Below are positions 1 to 9,599 of a stretch of DNA of 64,000 bases, in pieces. The notes beneath the pieces were generated by a model. That model did no database searches, was not told where the DNA came from, and was given only the letters and a program-made list of their open reading frames with translations. The translations under genes were made by a program, and so were the position numbers. The stretch is from NCBI GenBank assembly GCA_025358055.1, contig JANYKV010000121.1, positions 585-64,584 on the forward strand, given 5' to 3'. The DNA comes from Gemmatimonadota bacterium. GTDB lineage: Bacteria; Gemmatimonadota; Gemmatimonadetes; Gemmatimonadales; GWC2-71-9. The stretch's first letter is position 1; each line of letters starts with the position of its first letter.

Positions 1-781
1 GCTTGCCGGAGACGGGGCTCGCTGCCGTGAGGGTGGTGGTGACACTGAAGTGGTGATCGGCGTATACCTTGGCGCCTGCCTTGGTGGTGGTGTCATCCTG
101 ATAAAACAATTCCAGGTTCGCCCCCCACTCGCGCACGCCGGCAATACCGTCGCAGGCGGTTTGTCGGACATTCAGCACGGCGGGCAGACTGACAACACTA
201 CCTGCCGTCGCGGTGACCACAGTCTGGCCCGGCGACACCCCGGTGGCGATCCCGGCCGAAGAGATGGTGCCGATTGCTGGGTCGCGAGATGTCCAAACGA
301 TTGCCGGGGTCGGAACCACCTGCCCGCTGCTATTCGTCGCCACCACACTGTACTGCGCAATTCCCGCCACCAGAACGGTCGCGGTGTCCGGAGCCACTTT
401 GAGCGTGAGCTGGTCCACCACCAGTGTGGCCGGCGTGCTAACGACGCTGCCCGCCGTGGCGACAATGATCGTCTGGCCCGGGCTCACCCCGGTCGCGAGC
501 CCCGTTGTCGAGATCGTACCGACCGCGGGGTCGGCGGACGTCCAGACCACGGCCGGTGCCGTCACCACCTGCCCGCTGCTATTCGTCGCCACCACGGTGT
601 ACTGCGTCGTTCCGCCAACGAAGACCGTCGCGGAACCTGGAGCCACGACGAGCGTCAGTTGGGTTGCGCCACCACCCGGCGCGGTGGTGCTGCCACCGCA
701 GGACAACAGAGCGAACGTCAGGATGAACAGGCCGAGCCGAGCGAGATAGGCGAACCGGCGGTCGTCGTGGTAAGTACTCAT
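1..781 (-). CDS. Big_2 (bacterial Ig-like group 2) repeat lipoprotein, N-terminal part; gene runs off the window start
   Basis: Absent from the ORF track because there is no stop in the window. My reverse translation from ATG (complement of 779-781): MSTYHDDRRFAYLARLGLFILTFALLSCGGSTTAPGGGATQLTLVVAPGSATVFVGGTTQYTVVATNSSGQVVTAPAVVWTSADPAVGTISTTGLATGVSPGQTIIVATAG... Lipobox LLSC. Two ~83-aa units carry the Big_2-like pattern QY.VVATNSSGQVV...VWTS.DPA.GTIS..G.ATGVSPGQT. Confidence 0.8.
   Translation of the reverse strand, partial: MSTYHDDRRFAYLARLGLFILTFALLSCGGSTTAPGGGATQLTLVVAPGSATVFVGGTTQYTVVATNSSGQVVTAPAVVWTSADPAVGTISTTGLATGVSPGQTIIVATAGSVVSTPATLVVDQLTLKVAPDTATVLVAGIAQYSVVATNSSGQVVPTPAIVWTSRDPAIGTISSAGIATGVSPGQTVVTATAGSVVSLPAVLNVRQTACDGIAGVREWGANLELFYQDDTTTKAGAKVYADHHFSVTTTLTAASPVSGK
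213..710. repeat. Tandem ~249-bp duplication inside the Big_2 gene (two Ig-like domain units)
   Basis: Identical 32-nt run ACCACCTGCCCGCTGCTATTCGTCGCCACCAC at 315-346 and 564-595 (offset 249 bp = 83 codons). Flanking sequence is similar but diverged. Confidence 0.85.
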
Positions 782-928
782 GGCGAAACCTCGGTGGTGT
801 AGTGAAGGCAATGGCAGTCTCTTGTGCATCGTCTGGCGAACCTCTCTCCAACCGCGTCGCGCACGACGGCGCTACGGCGCGGGCTCCGGCAGAATCGCTC
901 CCAACGCATCCCTGCCCGACCACACTCC

Positions 929-1540
929 CTAACGTTTCTCCGCCATCCCGAACGGGACGCCGAGGCCGAGTTTGAGGTGGACGTCTTTCTGCTTGAGCTT
1001 GCTGGTCGTCTGACTGGTACCGATGTAGTCGGCGTCATAGCTGTAGAGGTCGGCGCCGAGGCTGAGACCGATTCCGCCGAGTCGAAGCCCGGCGCCCGCG
1101 CCCACCACGCCGGTCATGTAGGTCGTCTTGGCCGCGTTCGTGAAGGCCACGCCGCCCCGGCTGATGACCCCGAGGCCGCCGTTCACGAACACGGTGAGCG
1201 GACTGGTGATCGGAAGAAGAAAGACCACCAGCTGGCCCGCTCCCGTAAAGAGCTTCGCGTCCTTCTTCTGGAGGCTGCTCCCCGTGCCCAGCTGGTAGGT
1301 CGTGGGCACGTAGTTGCCACTGAACGAGACGCCGAGGTGTTTCCCGAAGGTCGCTCCGATCCGGGCGCCGAATGAGATGCCGCCCTCGAGCGAGTCCACA
1401 GTGCCAGTTCCGTTGGCGACGCTCTGGAGCTTCTCGGTCGGAATGTAGAAGCCGATCTGGGGGGCAAAGCTCAGCCGGGTCTGCGCCTGAACCGGCAGGG
1501 CGACCAGGAGGGCCAAGAGGACGAGTCGGTACGAACGCAT
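929..1540 (-). CDS. Outer-membrane beta-barrel protein (OmpW/porin-like; family unresolved)
   Basis: ORF 929..1597 trimmed to ATG at 1540 (GGAG about 8 nt upstream), giving signal peptide MRSYRLVLLALLVALPVQAQ. Gly/Ser/Thr-rich with an alternating beta-strand pattern (GVSFSGNYVPTTYQLG, GAGLRLGGIGLSLGADLYSY). Confidence 0.7.
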   Translation of the reverse strand: MRSYRLVLLALLVALPVQAQTRLSFAPQIGFYIPTEKLQSVANGTGTVDSLEGGISFGARIGATFGKHLGVSFSGNYVPTTYQLGTGSSLQKKDAKLFTGAGQLVVFLLPITSPLTVFVNGGLGVISRGGVAFTNAAKTTYMTGVVGAGAGLRLGGIGLSLGADLYSYDADYIGTSQTTSKLKQKDVHLKLGLGVPFGMAEKR

Positions 1541-1575
1541 CGGAACACTCCGGTCGAGAGAGATGGGTACGGCCC

Positions 1576-1821
1576 TCACGAATTCCGGCCCGACCACTCG
1601 GCGATGAGTTGCAGTAGTTGGTCGCCGGTCTCAAAACTCCGCTTCTCACCAGTTCGGAGTGCCTCGGCCAGGCCGCTGATCAGCTCCGGGTCCCCGTCGG
1701 TGCGGACTAGGCGGAGCATCAGGTAGTCGAAGCGTGGCGGCGTCGGCGGGGTCATCCCGGATTCCTCTGGCGTGATCACCCAGCTACGATACTCCTCGAG
1801 GCGCAGCCGGGCGTCAACCAA
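1576..1821 (-). CDS. Small hypothetical protein (81 aa)
   Basis: ORF track. High third-position GC. No motif I can name. An alternative start at M23 is possible. Confidence 0.4.
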   Translation of the reverse strand: MVDARLRLEEYRSWVITPEESGMTPPTPPRFDYLMLRLVRTDGDPELISGLAEALRTGEKRSFETGDQLLQLIAEWSGRNS

Positions 1822-1967
1822 GGTGTCAACCCGTTGTCACAGCGTCAGTTGGGCGGAGAGCGAACGGGTCGTTGGCTTTTGCTTCGCAATGCCTATGCGA
1901 CCAAGACCCCACGTGCCGGCATCTACGGTGGAGAGCTCTTCAAAGACGTTCCCCATGCGATTGGTAG

Positions 1968-3002
1968 GTGTCTGTGCGGCCTCGGCCGAGGTTTCTCGTG
2001 CTGGTCGTGTTTGTCTCCGTGCTCTCGGCGGGCCGCAGCGAGGCGAGACTCGTAGCGGACCGGCCAACCGGCCGCATCGAGGAGGCCGGTTTCGTGAGGC
2101 TCGGGGGCATTGAACAATGGATCACAATCCGCGGGGATGACGACCGCAACCCGATCCTGCTTCTCATTCATGGCGGGCCCGGGGACGTCCAGTCGACGCT
2201 TGTTTCAACCTACAAGCCGTATGAGCATGATTTTGTGCTCGTTCAGTGGGATCAGCGTGGAGCAGGCAGGACGTACGGTCGCTACGGCGAGGCTACCCCC
2301 GAACTCACGCTCGATCGGGTCGTCGAGGATGGGATCGAGCTCGCCAAGTATCTACGCGGACGTTTTCGGCGCAACCCGATGGTTCTGCTCGGACATTCTT
2401 GGGGAACAGCGATCGGCACGAAAATGGTTCTCGCGAGGCCCGATCTGTTCGCGGCGTATGTCGGGACCGGGCAAATCGCGAGTTGGCCCGAATCGGTGAA
2501 TGCGCAATTCGATTTCCTCAAAGCGAAGGCGCGTGAGACGAACAACGCAGCGTTGCTCGCGGGACTCGATAGCATCGGGCGTCCCGATCCAATGAACTCG
2601 ACTCAGTACTTCAGGTTCACGCGTCCGTTGCGCGAGTACCTCGACGACTCGGATGCGGCGTGGCTCGCGGGTCTGCTCCCGCTCACCAAAAGCTCTCCCG
2701 GCTTCACGGATGACGACCTCAAAGCGCTCGGAGACGGAATGGGTTTTTCAGGGCGCACCTTGTTACCGACCCAAATGCAGGAACGTCTTTCGACGACTGC
2801 GTTGAGTTTCGGACTGCCCTATTTTGTGATTCAGGGGCGTGACGACCGCTTTACGCCGACGGCCCCGGCCGCGGCCTACTTCGACAAGGTCACCGCCCCG
2901 AAAAAGCGGATGGTCGTGATCGAGGGCGCCGGGCATTTCGCGCTGGCCACGCACGCCGAGGTCTTCGTTGCCAGGCTGAAAGAGCTGCTGGTCCCCGACT
3001 GA
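1968..3002 (+). CDS. Secreted alpha/beta hydrolase, prolyl-aminopeptidase-like (S33)
   Basis: GTG start. Signal-like N-terminus RFLVLVVFVSVLSAGRSEA. HGGPG oxyanion motif, GHSWG nucleophile elbow, C-terminal GAGHF. Confidence 0.8.
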   Translation: MSVRPRPRFLVLVVFVSVLSAGRSEARLVADRPTGRIEEAGFVRLGGIEQWITIRGDDDRNPILLLIHGGPGDVQSTLVSTYKPYEHDFVLVQWDQRGAGRTYGRYGEATPELTLDRVVEDGIELAKYLRGRFRRNPMVLLGHSWGTAIGTKMVLARPDLFAAYVGTGQIASWPESVNAQFDFLKAKARETNNAALLAGLDSIGRPDPMNSTQYFRFTRPLREYLDDSDAAWLAGLLPLTKSSPGFTDDDLKALGDGMGFSGRTLLPTQMQERLSTTALSFGLPYFVIQGRDDRFTPTAPAAAYFDKVTAPKKRMVVIEGAGHFALATHAEVFVARLKELLVPD

Positions 3003-3083
3003 AGGGACAAGGGAAGCATCAGGTAGTGGGAGCGGGTGGCGTCCCTCATCAGCACACTATTCGAGCGCCAGCGTTCCTGAGCC

Positions 3084-3383
3084 TTACTCGACGATGTTGA
3101 AGATCTCGCGCGATCCTGATTCGGCGTATGGGATGAACGTCTCGTACCACGCGCGCCATTCGGCTGAGCTGGTGACCTTCCTCATTTCCAGCTCGAACGC
3201 CGCGAGGCCCTCGAATTGAAGTTCGTGCACGATCGTGTACGAGGTGCCGACGAGGTCCGTGAGCAGACGGGACTCAGCGTTGAGGCCGAGCTTCTTGATG
3301 AGAGCGCGGCCTTCCTTGAATGCCGCCACGGCGGGCTTCGACTGGCCGAACTTGATCCGGAACAGGTTCCTCACGACGATCAT
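3084..3383 (-). CDS. Small alpha+beta (NIPSNAP/Dabb-like) protein of unknown function
   Basis: ORF 3084..3563 trimmed to ATG at 3383, which has GAGGAGG 5 nt upstream. Product MIVVRNLFRIKFGQSKPAVAAFKEG...EWRAWYETFIPYAESGSREIFNIVE (99 aa). The fold assignment is only a resemblance. Confidence 0.55.
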   Translation of the reverse strand: MIVVRNLFRIKFGQSKPAVAAFKEGRALIKKLGLNAESRLLTDLVGTSYTIVHELQFEGLAAFELEMRKVTSSAEWRAWYETFIPYAESGSREIFNIVE

Positions 3384-3561
3384 GACGTCCTCCTCAGCTG
3401 TCGGCCCGAGGGCCGGGTGCGTTGATGTACCGTAGACAGGTACCATAGCATACCGTCTTCGTGACCCGGCCGAAACCCACGCACTGTTGATACCGGCCAC
3501 CCCAACTCGCGTTACTCGAAGTCTCGCAGCAGATTGAGGGGTCCCAATCCAGGCTCGTCTC

Positions 3562-5781
3562 ATGGCTGTGTTGCCCGACCCGCTGGTGAACGCCCTTCAT
3601 GACCGCTACCGCCTCGAGCGTGAACTCGGCGCGGGAGGCATGGCCACAGTCTATCTCGCCCACGACCTCCGGCACGACCGCCAGGTGGCGCTCAAGGTGT
3701 TGCTACCCGAGCTCGCCCGCGTGGTTGGGCCGGAGCGCTTTCAGCGCGAGATTCGGCTCGCGGCCCGCCTCCCGCACCCTCATATCCTGAGTGTTCACGA
3801 CTCGGGCGAGGCTGCGGGCTCGCTCTGGTTCACGATGCCTTTCGTGGACGGCGAGTCCCTCCGCGAGCGACTTCGGCGAGAGACCCAACTTCCCGTCAAG
3901 GACGCACTCCAAATCGCCAAGGAGATCGCGAGTGCGCTGAGCTACTCCCATGCTCGCGGCGTGATTCACCGCGACATCAAGCCGGAGAACATCCTCCTTT
4001 CGAACGGGATGGCGATGCTGGCCGACTTCGGGATCGCGCACGCGTTGGACCCGAGCGAAGGGCCGCAGTTGACCGCGACCGGACTGGTGATTGGAACACC
4101 GGAATACATGTCGCCCGAGCAGGGATATGCGGAACACGAGCTCGATGCCCGCAGCGATGTCTATTCCCTTGGCACCGTGCTCTATGAGATGCTCGCGGGA
4201 GAACCACCGTTCAGCGGGCGGTCCGCTCAGGCAGTCATCGTTCGGCGGCTGTCGGGGGTAGTGCCGCCGCTCCGGCCGGTGCGTCCGACGGTGCCGGTGG
4301 CAATCGAGCGCGCGGTGATGAAGGCGTTGGCCTTGGCGAAGGCTGATCGGTTCGCCACCGCGGAGGAATTCGCGAGCGCGCTTTTCGAGAGCGACGTGGC
4401 CCACCCGAAGCTTCCGTCCGTTGCGATACTCCCGTTCCTCAACTTGAGCCCGGACCCGGAGAACGAATATTTCGCCGACGGGATGACGGAGGACGTCATT
4501 GCCCACGTATCCAAAATCCGCGCCCTCAAAGTGATTTCGCGGACCTCGGTGATGCTGTTCAAGAAGCGGACTCAGAGCCTGCGTGAGATCGGGGCCGCAT
4601 TGGAAGCGACGACGCTTCTGGAGGGCAGCGTGCGCCGCGCCGGCGATCGGGTGCGAATCGTGGCCCAGCTGATCGATGCCGAGACCGACCAACACCTGTG
4701 GGCGGAAACGTATGACCGTCAGCTCACCGACATCTTTGCGATCCAGACCGACGTCGCGTTGCGTATCGCAGCCGCGCTCCGGGCCGAGCTCACCCGGGAT
4801 GAAACCATCCGCATCAGAAAGGAGCCTACCAGCGACCTGGAAGCCTATCAACTCTATCTGCAGGGCCGGCATGCCCACATTCGGTGGACTGAGGAAGGGC
4901 TCCGGAAAGGCATCGAGTACTTCGAGCGAGCGATCGCCAAGGACCCCAAATATGCCATGGCCCATGTCGGTGTGGGCATGGCCTATACGGAGCTCGGCGA
5001 AACGGGGGTCCTGAACCCGGCAGAGGCCTATCGTCGAGCCAAGGAAGCGGCGGTAAAGGCACTCGCCCTCGACAGTGAGCTGGGCCAAGCCCATTGCGTC
5101 CTGGCGTTTGTGAAGTTCGTCACCGAGTTCGACTGGCTGGGAGCAGAGGAAGAGTTCAAACGCGCGCTGGAGCTGACTCCCAACGACGCCGACACCTATG
5201 ATCTTTACGGGCGCTTGTGCTCGGCGCTGGCCCGGCATGACGAAGCGGTTGTGATGCAGAAGCGGGCTCAGGAACTCGACCCGTTGGCCCACAAGGCGGA
5301 CGCTGCCACGGCGCTCCTCCGGGCGGGCGCATATGATGCGGCCTTGCAGGCGGCCGAGCGCGCCATCCACCTCGATCCGCGCGATGCTCGGGGGCACGCG
5401 ACCCTCGGATGGGTCTACGTGAAGAAGGGCCGCTACGAAAAGGGCCTGGCGCACCTGGAGACTGCGGTCTTACTCACACCGGACGCCACCATGTGGCTGG
5501 CACAACTCGGGCAGGCCTTCGGAATCGCGGGCAACATGGACAAGGCTCGGGACGTGCTACGACAGTTGGAAGAGCGGTCGGCTCACGGATATGTGTCACC
5601 CTACCACTGGGCCTATGTCTACACCGGCCTTGGTGAACCAGACCGCGCGATCGACTACTTGGAACGCGCCTATGATGAACGAGCCGGCGCGGTGTATGGC
5701 ATCAAAGGCTCCTTCCTGTTCACGACTCTCCACTCGCACCCCCGATTCACGGCGCTACTGCGCAAGATGAACCTGGCCTGA
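3562..5781 (+). CDS. Hanks-type Ser/Thr protein kinase with central TolB-N-like module and C-terminal TPR repeats
   Basis: GAGGMATVYLAHD...VALKVL (Gly-loop/Lys), HRDIKPEN, DFG, GTPEYMSPEQ. Then SVAILPFLNLS...YFADGMTEDVI, followed by multiple TPR-like repeats. Confidence 0.9.
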   Translation: MAVLPDPLVNALHDRYRLERELGAGGMATVYLAHDLRHDRQVALKVLLPELARVVGPERFQREIRLAARLPHPHILSVHDSGEAAGSLWFTMPFVDGESLRERLRRETQLPVKDALQIAKEIASALSYSHARGVIHRDIKPENILLSNGMAMLADFGIAHALDPSEGPQLTATGLVIGTPEYMSPEQGYAEHELDARSDVYSLGTVLYEMLAGEPPFSGRSAQAVIVRRLSGVVPPLRPVRPTVPVAIERAVMKALALAKADRFATAEEFASALFESDVAHPKLPSVAILPFLNLSPDPENEYFADGMTEDVIAHVSKIRALKVISRTSVMLFKKRTQSLREIGAALEATTLLEGSVRRAGDRVRIVAQLIDAETDQHLWAETYDRQLTDIFAIQTDVALRIAAALRAELTRDETIRIRKEPTSDLEAYQLYLQGRHAHIRWTEEGLRKGIEYFERAIAKDPKYAMAHVGVGMAYTELGETGVLNPAEAYRRAKEAAVKALALDSELGQAHCVLAFVKFVTEFDWLGAEEEFKRALELTPNDADTYDLYGRLCSALARHDEAVVMQKRAQELDPLAHKADAATALLRAGAYDAALQAAERAIHLDPRDARGHATLGWVYVKKGRYEKGLAHLETAVLLTPDATMWLAQLGQAFGIAGNMDKARDVLRQLEERSAHGYVSPYHWAYVYTGLGEPDRAIDYLERAYDERAGAVYGIKGSFLFTTLHSHPRFTALLRKMNLA

Positions 5782-6925
5782 GCGAACCACTGTGGTTGCG
5801 GAGTCCTGGGCCCAGTAGGGCTTTGTGCTCCAGGGCCTGCTTCGCCGCTTTGGATTGAGGATCGAGCGTCAAGGCGCGGCGGAACTCGGCGCGCGCCGTC
5901 TCCAGACGGCCGGCGCTCTCGTACGCGCGTCCGAGGCCGAACGCAGCCGTCGCGGCCTTGGGGTATTCGGCCGCGTTTTCCTTCAGGAGTTCGACTGCAG
6001 AGCAGACGTCCCCCATCTTTAGCATCTGGTAGCCGACGAACTCCACGCCCTCGTGCGTGTTGAGGTCGGGATGCGCGCCGCGAAAGTCGTGGTACGACCA
6101 CATCACAGCCCCGACATCGGCTCGTTCGGCATAGAGGTGTTCGAGGAACGCCTGCAGGGGCGTACGGGTGAACACCGGCGGAGAGAACGCCGCCAGGTCG
6201 AGCGCTCGGTTCACGGTGATGCTCGTGTATCGCATCTCATTGAGCACCCGGCCGGTCGCGATCTCGATCTCCCGTGCCGAAAAGGGAAAGAGGACGCCTT
6301 CAACCGGACGGAAGTCGCTAAACCTCAACTCCGACGCGACTCTCCTCCCGAACGCGTGAATCGCCGCCACCTTGCGCTCCGCGATGAGCAACCAGGTCTC
6401 CCGATCGAGGAACTCCTCCTGTTCGAAGCCGTCGGCCATTCGAACGAGAAGACGATACGCCTTGCGGTCGCCGATGTTCGTGACGCCCTTCACCGAGACC
6501 GTCCATCCGCGCTCCTTGTGCCCCAACAGCGGCCCGTCCATATAGACGGCGTGGCGGCCGGCCGCGGACGCGGCGCCAACCGTGCGGAGCACAATGCCCG
6601 GGTCGGCATAGAACTCCCACGCGCTGCCGTCGTATCCCTCTGCGAAATCGCGGGAGGGCTTTTCCGCATCTCCAACGAGCTTGTAGTAGGGCCGCATCAA
6701 CGAGAGGACAGCGTCGTCGAGCGTGTACGCCCCCTCCCGGTAGACACCTCGGTAGATGATCGTTCGGATCGCCGTGATCCTCGGGAGCCCGCCCCGTGCA
6801 TCGACGTACCGCGCGATGATCGCATCGGCGGCCGGAGTCTGTCCGGCGTCACAGTCGTTCGCAGAGAAGGCAACACTCACCACAATGGCCGCACACCGGC
6901 AGAGGAATCCAGAGGTTGTGATCAT
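5747..6925 (-). CDS. Secreted hypothetical protein with C-terminal TPR-like repeats
   Basis: ORF track. Hydrophobic N-terminus. C-terminal GLGRAYESAGRLETARAEFRRALTLDP is TPR-like. Its 3' end overlaps the convergent kinase by 35 nt. Confidence 0.6.
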   Translation of the reverse strand: MITTSGFLCRCAAIVVSVAFSANDCDAGQTPAADAIIARYVDARGGLPRITAIRTIIYRGVYREGAYTLDDAVLSLMRPYYKLVGDAEKPSRDFAEGYDGSAWEFYADPGIVLRTVGAASAAGRHAVYMDGPLLGHKERGWTVSVKGVTNIGDRKAYRLLVRMADGFEQEEFLDRETWLLIAERKVAAIHAFGRRVASELRFSDFRPVEGVLFPFSAREIEIATGRVLNEMRYTSITVNRALDLAAFSPPVFTRTPLQAFLEHLYAERADVGAVMWSYHDFRGAHPDLNTHEGVEFVGYQMLKMGDVCSAVELLKENAAEYPKAATAAFGLGRAYESAGRLETARAEFRRALTLDPQSKAAKQALEHKALLGPGLRNHSGSLRPGSSCAVAP

Positions 6926-7161
6926 GCTCGTTCGACACCCCCTCAGGCAATTGGGTTGCGTTCGAATGTAGTCCTTCGTCCCACCGCCGATGGAGTACCG
7001 AGTCAGAGGTCGTTAGGGTCTGAGTCGCAAGAGCATGGGGAAGAAACCAAGCGAGAACTTGTGAGTATGCGCCTGCTCGTCACGAGTCCACCGGCGGGCG
7101 AAGCTGGGCGTGAAGACACGTTGAGACCCACCGCTTTCTCTCGGAAGGTGAGGAATGCCCC

Positions 7162-7262
7162 TGTCTTCCCGAGCAGCGCGAGGGATCTCAAAGCCCGCCC
7201 GGGTAGGCTCTCAAAGACGCATGCCTTGAGATTCCTCAGCCGCTACGCGCTCTGGGAAGACA
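7162..7262. repeat. ~100-bp hairpin-forming extragenic repeat (family 1, copy 1)
   Basis: Left arm TGTCTTCCCGAGCAGCGCGAGGGATCTCAAAG is an imperfect inverted match of right arm CTTGAGATTCCTCAGCCGCTACGCGCTCTGGGAAGACA. Homologous to 45791-45889. An extra partial arm (CGCTTTCTCTCGGAAGGTGAGGAATG) lies at 7132-7157. Confidence 0.75.
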
Positions 7263-7286
7263 AACCTGGACTTGTTCGGAACCCCG

Positions 7287-9593
7287 CTAGAATCGGACCT
7301 TTCGGTATACGATGCTGATATCGCCGGTTTGAGAGGGAAGGACGTGCTCGGGCCGCGGTGGAATCAATCGACTCGGCAACGACGGCAGTCCGGCCGATCG
7401 GCCGGTGAGTTCGATCGTCAGCGAATCGCCCTTCGGGACCGTGAGCCCGAGTGTGAACCCAGACTCGAGCGGTCCAGCGAAGCTCAGTTGCCATGTCGGC
7501 GTGTGGTATCGAAAATGGCTGGGGTCAATCACCCTGCCGTCGACCGAAGCGGAGAGAACGGTGCCCTGCATGGCGCGGAGTCCGATCGAGAGCGTCCCAG
7601 GTGCCGGGCGGATCAACACGGTCAGGTGACGACCGTCCTGTGCTTGTGAATCGACAATGACCTTGGTCGTGGGCGCAATGAGCGCGACTCTCGGCGCCCG
7701 AACGGCCACAACGCTGAACTCACCTTCGAGCATTCGGGTAAGCCATACCGGCGGCCCGTCCGCGGCCGCGCCTCCACCGGGCATCACCGCTCGGGCCCCG
7801 GATCCCAACGCGTTCGCGGCCCACGATCCTGGCTGTGCATACGCCGCCGACGTTCCGAGCCACGCGCCGCTCCCGTCCGCATCCTGAGCATAGGCGAGGG
7901 CCGAACGCGAGGGATAGTCCGCATATCTGGGGCCGACCACGAACCCGATGGTCCCCACCACGAGCGCGAGGACCGCGGTGAAGAGAGCGGTACCCCATGG
8001 CCGTGGGCCGGCGAGTGCTTCGAGATCCGAGGCCAACAACCACGCCAGCAGCGGGGTCAGCCCTCCGATCGCCACGCCACCGACCCCAACCACCCCCAGA
8101 GCCACCACGCTCATTCCGTAGAGGAGCGGTACGATGATGGCACTCGCGAGGATGGTGGCGATCCATCCCACCACTCTCGCCGCGCGCAAATTGGGCCCGC
8201 CCGCACTTAGGATCGCGGCCCCGGCCGCGCCAATCAGCGGCCATGTAGTGACGAAGCTCGTCCCGGGCGCCTTCCAAGCCAAAAAGATCGCCAAAGGAGC
8301 CCAGACCACCAATGCGCCGAGATGGGCGCCGGCCGCGCTGGCCCATCGGCGAATCAGGGCCCAACAGGCCAAGGCAATCGCGAGTGCGAGAGCCGCGATG
8401 GCGAGCGCATAGAGCCCGCGCCATTCCGGGCCGCCGATCTCCGGTGCGGCGCGGAACACGGCCCCGAACGCAGCCAGTCCTCCAAGCCCGACAGCCACCA
8501 ACGTCCCCACTATCCCAAGCAACAGATCTCTCAACCACCGTTGCTCCCGGCGGCGTACGCGCACGATCGCAACCAGTACGAGCCCGACGGCGAGGATCGC
8601 GATCGGCCGAGCCCAGCCTTCGGGATACCACACCAGACCAAGAAGCGGTAGGTCGAAGAAAATGGCATCCGCGGTTTTGGGGCGGGGCAGGGGTTCGGCT
8701 CCGAACGTCCGCGCCAACTCGAGTGCCGCCCTTCCTTCCTCCTGCACGGTTCCGGGATCCAGGTGCGCGTAATCATCCTCGCTCGTGTGGTAGCGCTCGA
8801 CGCCATCGGCAAAGGCAAAGTTCAGAGCCGGAGTGTCGAGGGCAAAGAACTCGGACAGGTCCGTGTCGTTGGGAAGGAAGCGGTACACGGTCACGGCGAG
8901 CGACGTTGCGTCCACGCCCAGGCCGCGAAGCAAGCGTACCTGGTCCAAGTTGCCCGGCCCGGTCTGGAACATGCTTGGTCGCCCCCCGGTGCCACGAGCC
9001 TCGAAATTGAGAATCACCTGTACGTTGTGGGCCCACGGATGCTCTCGCACGAAAGCTGCTGCGCCGAGGAGACCCGACTCCTCGCCATCGGTAAAGAGCA
9101 GAATGACGTCGTGCAACAGTGGAGGCCCGGCCCGTAGTGCCCGCCCGACTTCGAGAAGTACCGCCGACCCTGAGGCGTCATCCCCGGCGGCCGGAGCGGC
9201 TCCCACCCCATCATAGTGCGCCGCCAGCAGCACCGCCGGACCACCCGGGCTCGTGCCGGGAATGCGCGCGAGCACATTCTCCACGCGGCCCGCCACCTGA
9301 AATCGCGTGCTCACCGCGGTCGCCCGTTGAAACTCCGGCTTGGTTCCGAGGGCGGCCAGTTGTGTCATGATATAGTCCTGCACCCGCGCGTGGTCGGGAC
9401 TCCCGACCGGATGTGGTCGGGCCGCGATCATCTGCACGTGCCGCATCGCCCGTTCGGCCGAGAAGGCGGTCGGTGGGGCGGTCGATGGGGAGGGCCGTGG
9501 AGGCCGGCGACTCGCGTAGAGAATGATTGCGGCGAACACGATTGCCATCGCGATGATGCGGGCGAGCCGTGCCTGAGAAGCGTTTAGGTTCAC
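7287..9593 (-). CDS. Membrane-anchored M28-family metallopeptidase
   Basis: AAHYDGVG...GDDASGSAVLLE...LFTDGEESGLLGAAAF are M28 metal-ligand motifs. These are followed by several long hydrophobic helices. Confidence 0.85.
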   Translation of the reverse strand: MNLNASQARLARIIAMAIVFAAIILYASRRPPRPSPSTAPPTAFSAERAMRHVQMIAARPHPVGSPDHARVQDYIMTQLAALGTKPEFQRATAVSTRFQVAGRVENVLARIPGTSPGGPAVLLAAHYDGVGAAPAAGDDASGSAVLLEVGRALRAGPPLLHDVILLFTDGEESGLLGAAAFVREHPWAHNVQVILNFEARGTGGRPSMFQTGPGNLDQVRLLRGLGVDATSLAVTVYRFLPNDTDLSEFFALDTPALNFAFADGVERYHTSEDDYAHLDPGTVQEEGRAALELARTFGAEPLPRPKTADAIFFDLPLLGLVWYPEGWARPIAILAVGLVLVAIVRVRRREQRWLRDLLLGIVGTLVAVGLGGLAAFGAVFRAAPEIGGPEWRGLYALAIAALALAIALACWALIRRWASAAGAHLGALVVWAPLAIFLAWKAPGTSFVTTWPLIGAAGAAILSAGGPNLRAARVVGWIATILASAIIVPLLYGMSVVALGVVGVGGVAIGGLTPLLAWLLASDLEALAGPRPWGTALFTAVLALVVGTIGFVVGPRYADYPSRSALAYAQDADGSGAWLGTSAAYAQPGSWAANALGSGARAVMPGGGAAADGPPVWLTRMLEGEFSVVAVRAPRVALIAPTTKVIVDSQAQDGRHLTVLIRPAPGTLSIGLRAMQGTVLSASVDGRVIDPSHFRYHTPTWQLSFAGPLESGFTLGLTVPKGDSLTIELTGRSAGLPSLPSRLIPPRPEHVLPSQTGDISIVYRKVRF

Positions 9594-9599
9594 AATGCC

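Noticed and set aside
50-802. Plus-strand ORFs 50..802 (250 aa) and 213..749 (178 aa)
   Set aside because: They are shadow frames of the minus-strand Big_2 lipoprotein gene. Their products are Arg/Gly/Pro-rich low-complexity sequences, whereas the minus frame gives a lipobox and Ig-like repeats.
3703-5454. Long antisense ORFs opposite real genes. Examples are 3703..5454(-), 6053..7318(+), 9211..10494(-), 13096..14094(+), 14143..15705(+), 16502..17359(+), 20599..22032(-), 26202..27119(-), 44219..45157(-) and 47174..48727(+).
   Set aside because: These are typical stop-free shadow frames of a high-GC genome. Their translations are Arg/Pro/Gly-rich with no motifs, while the opposite strand encodes clearly recognisable domains.
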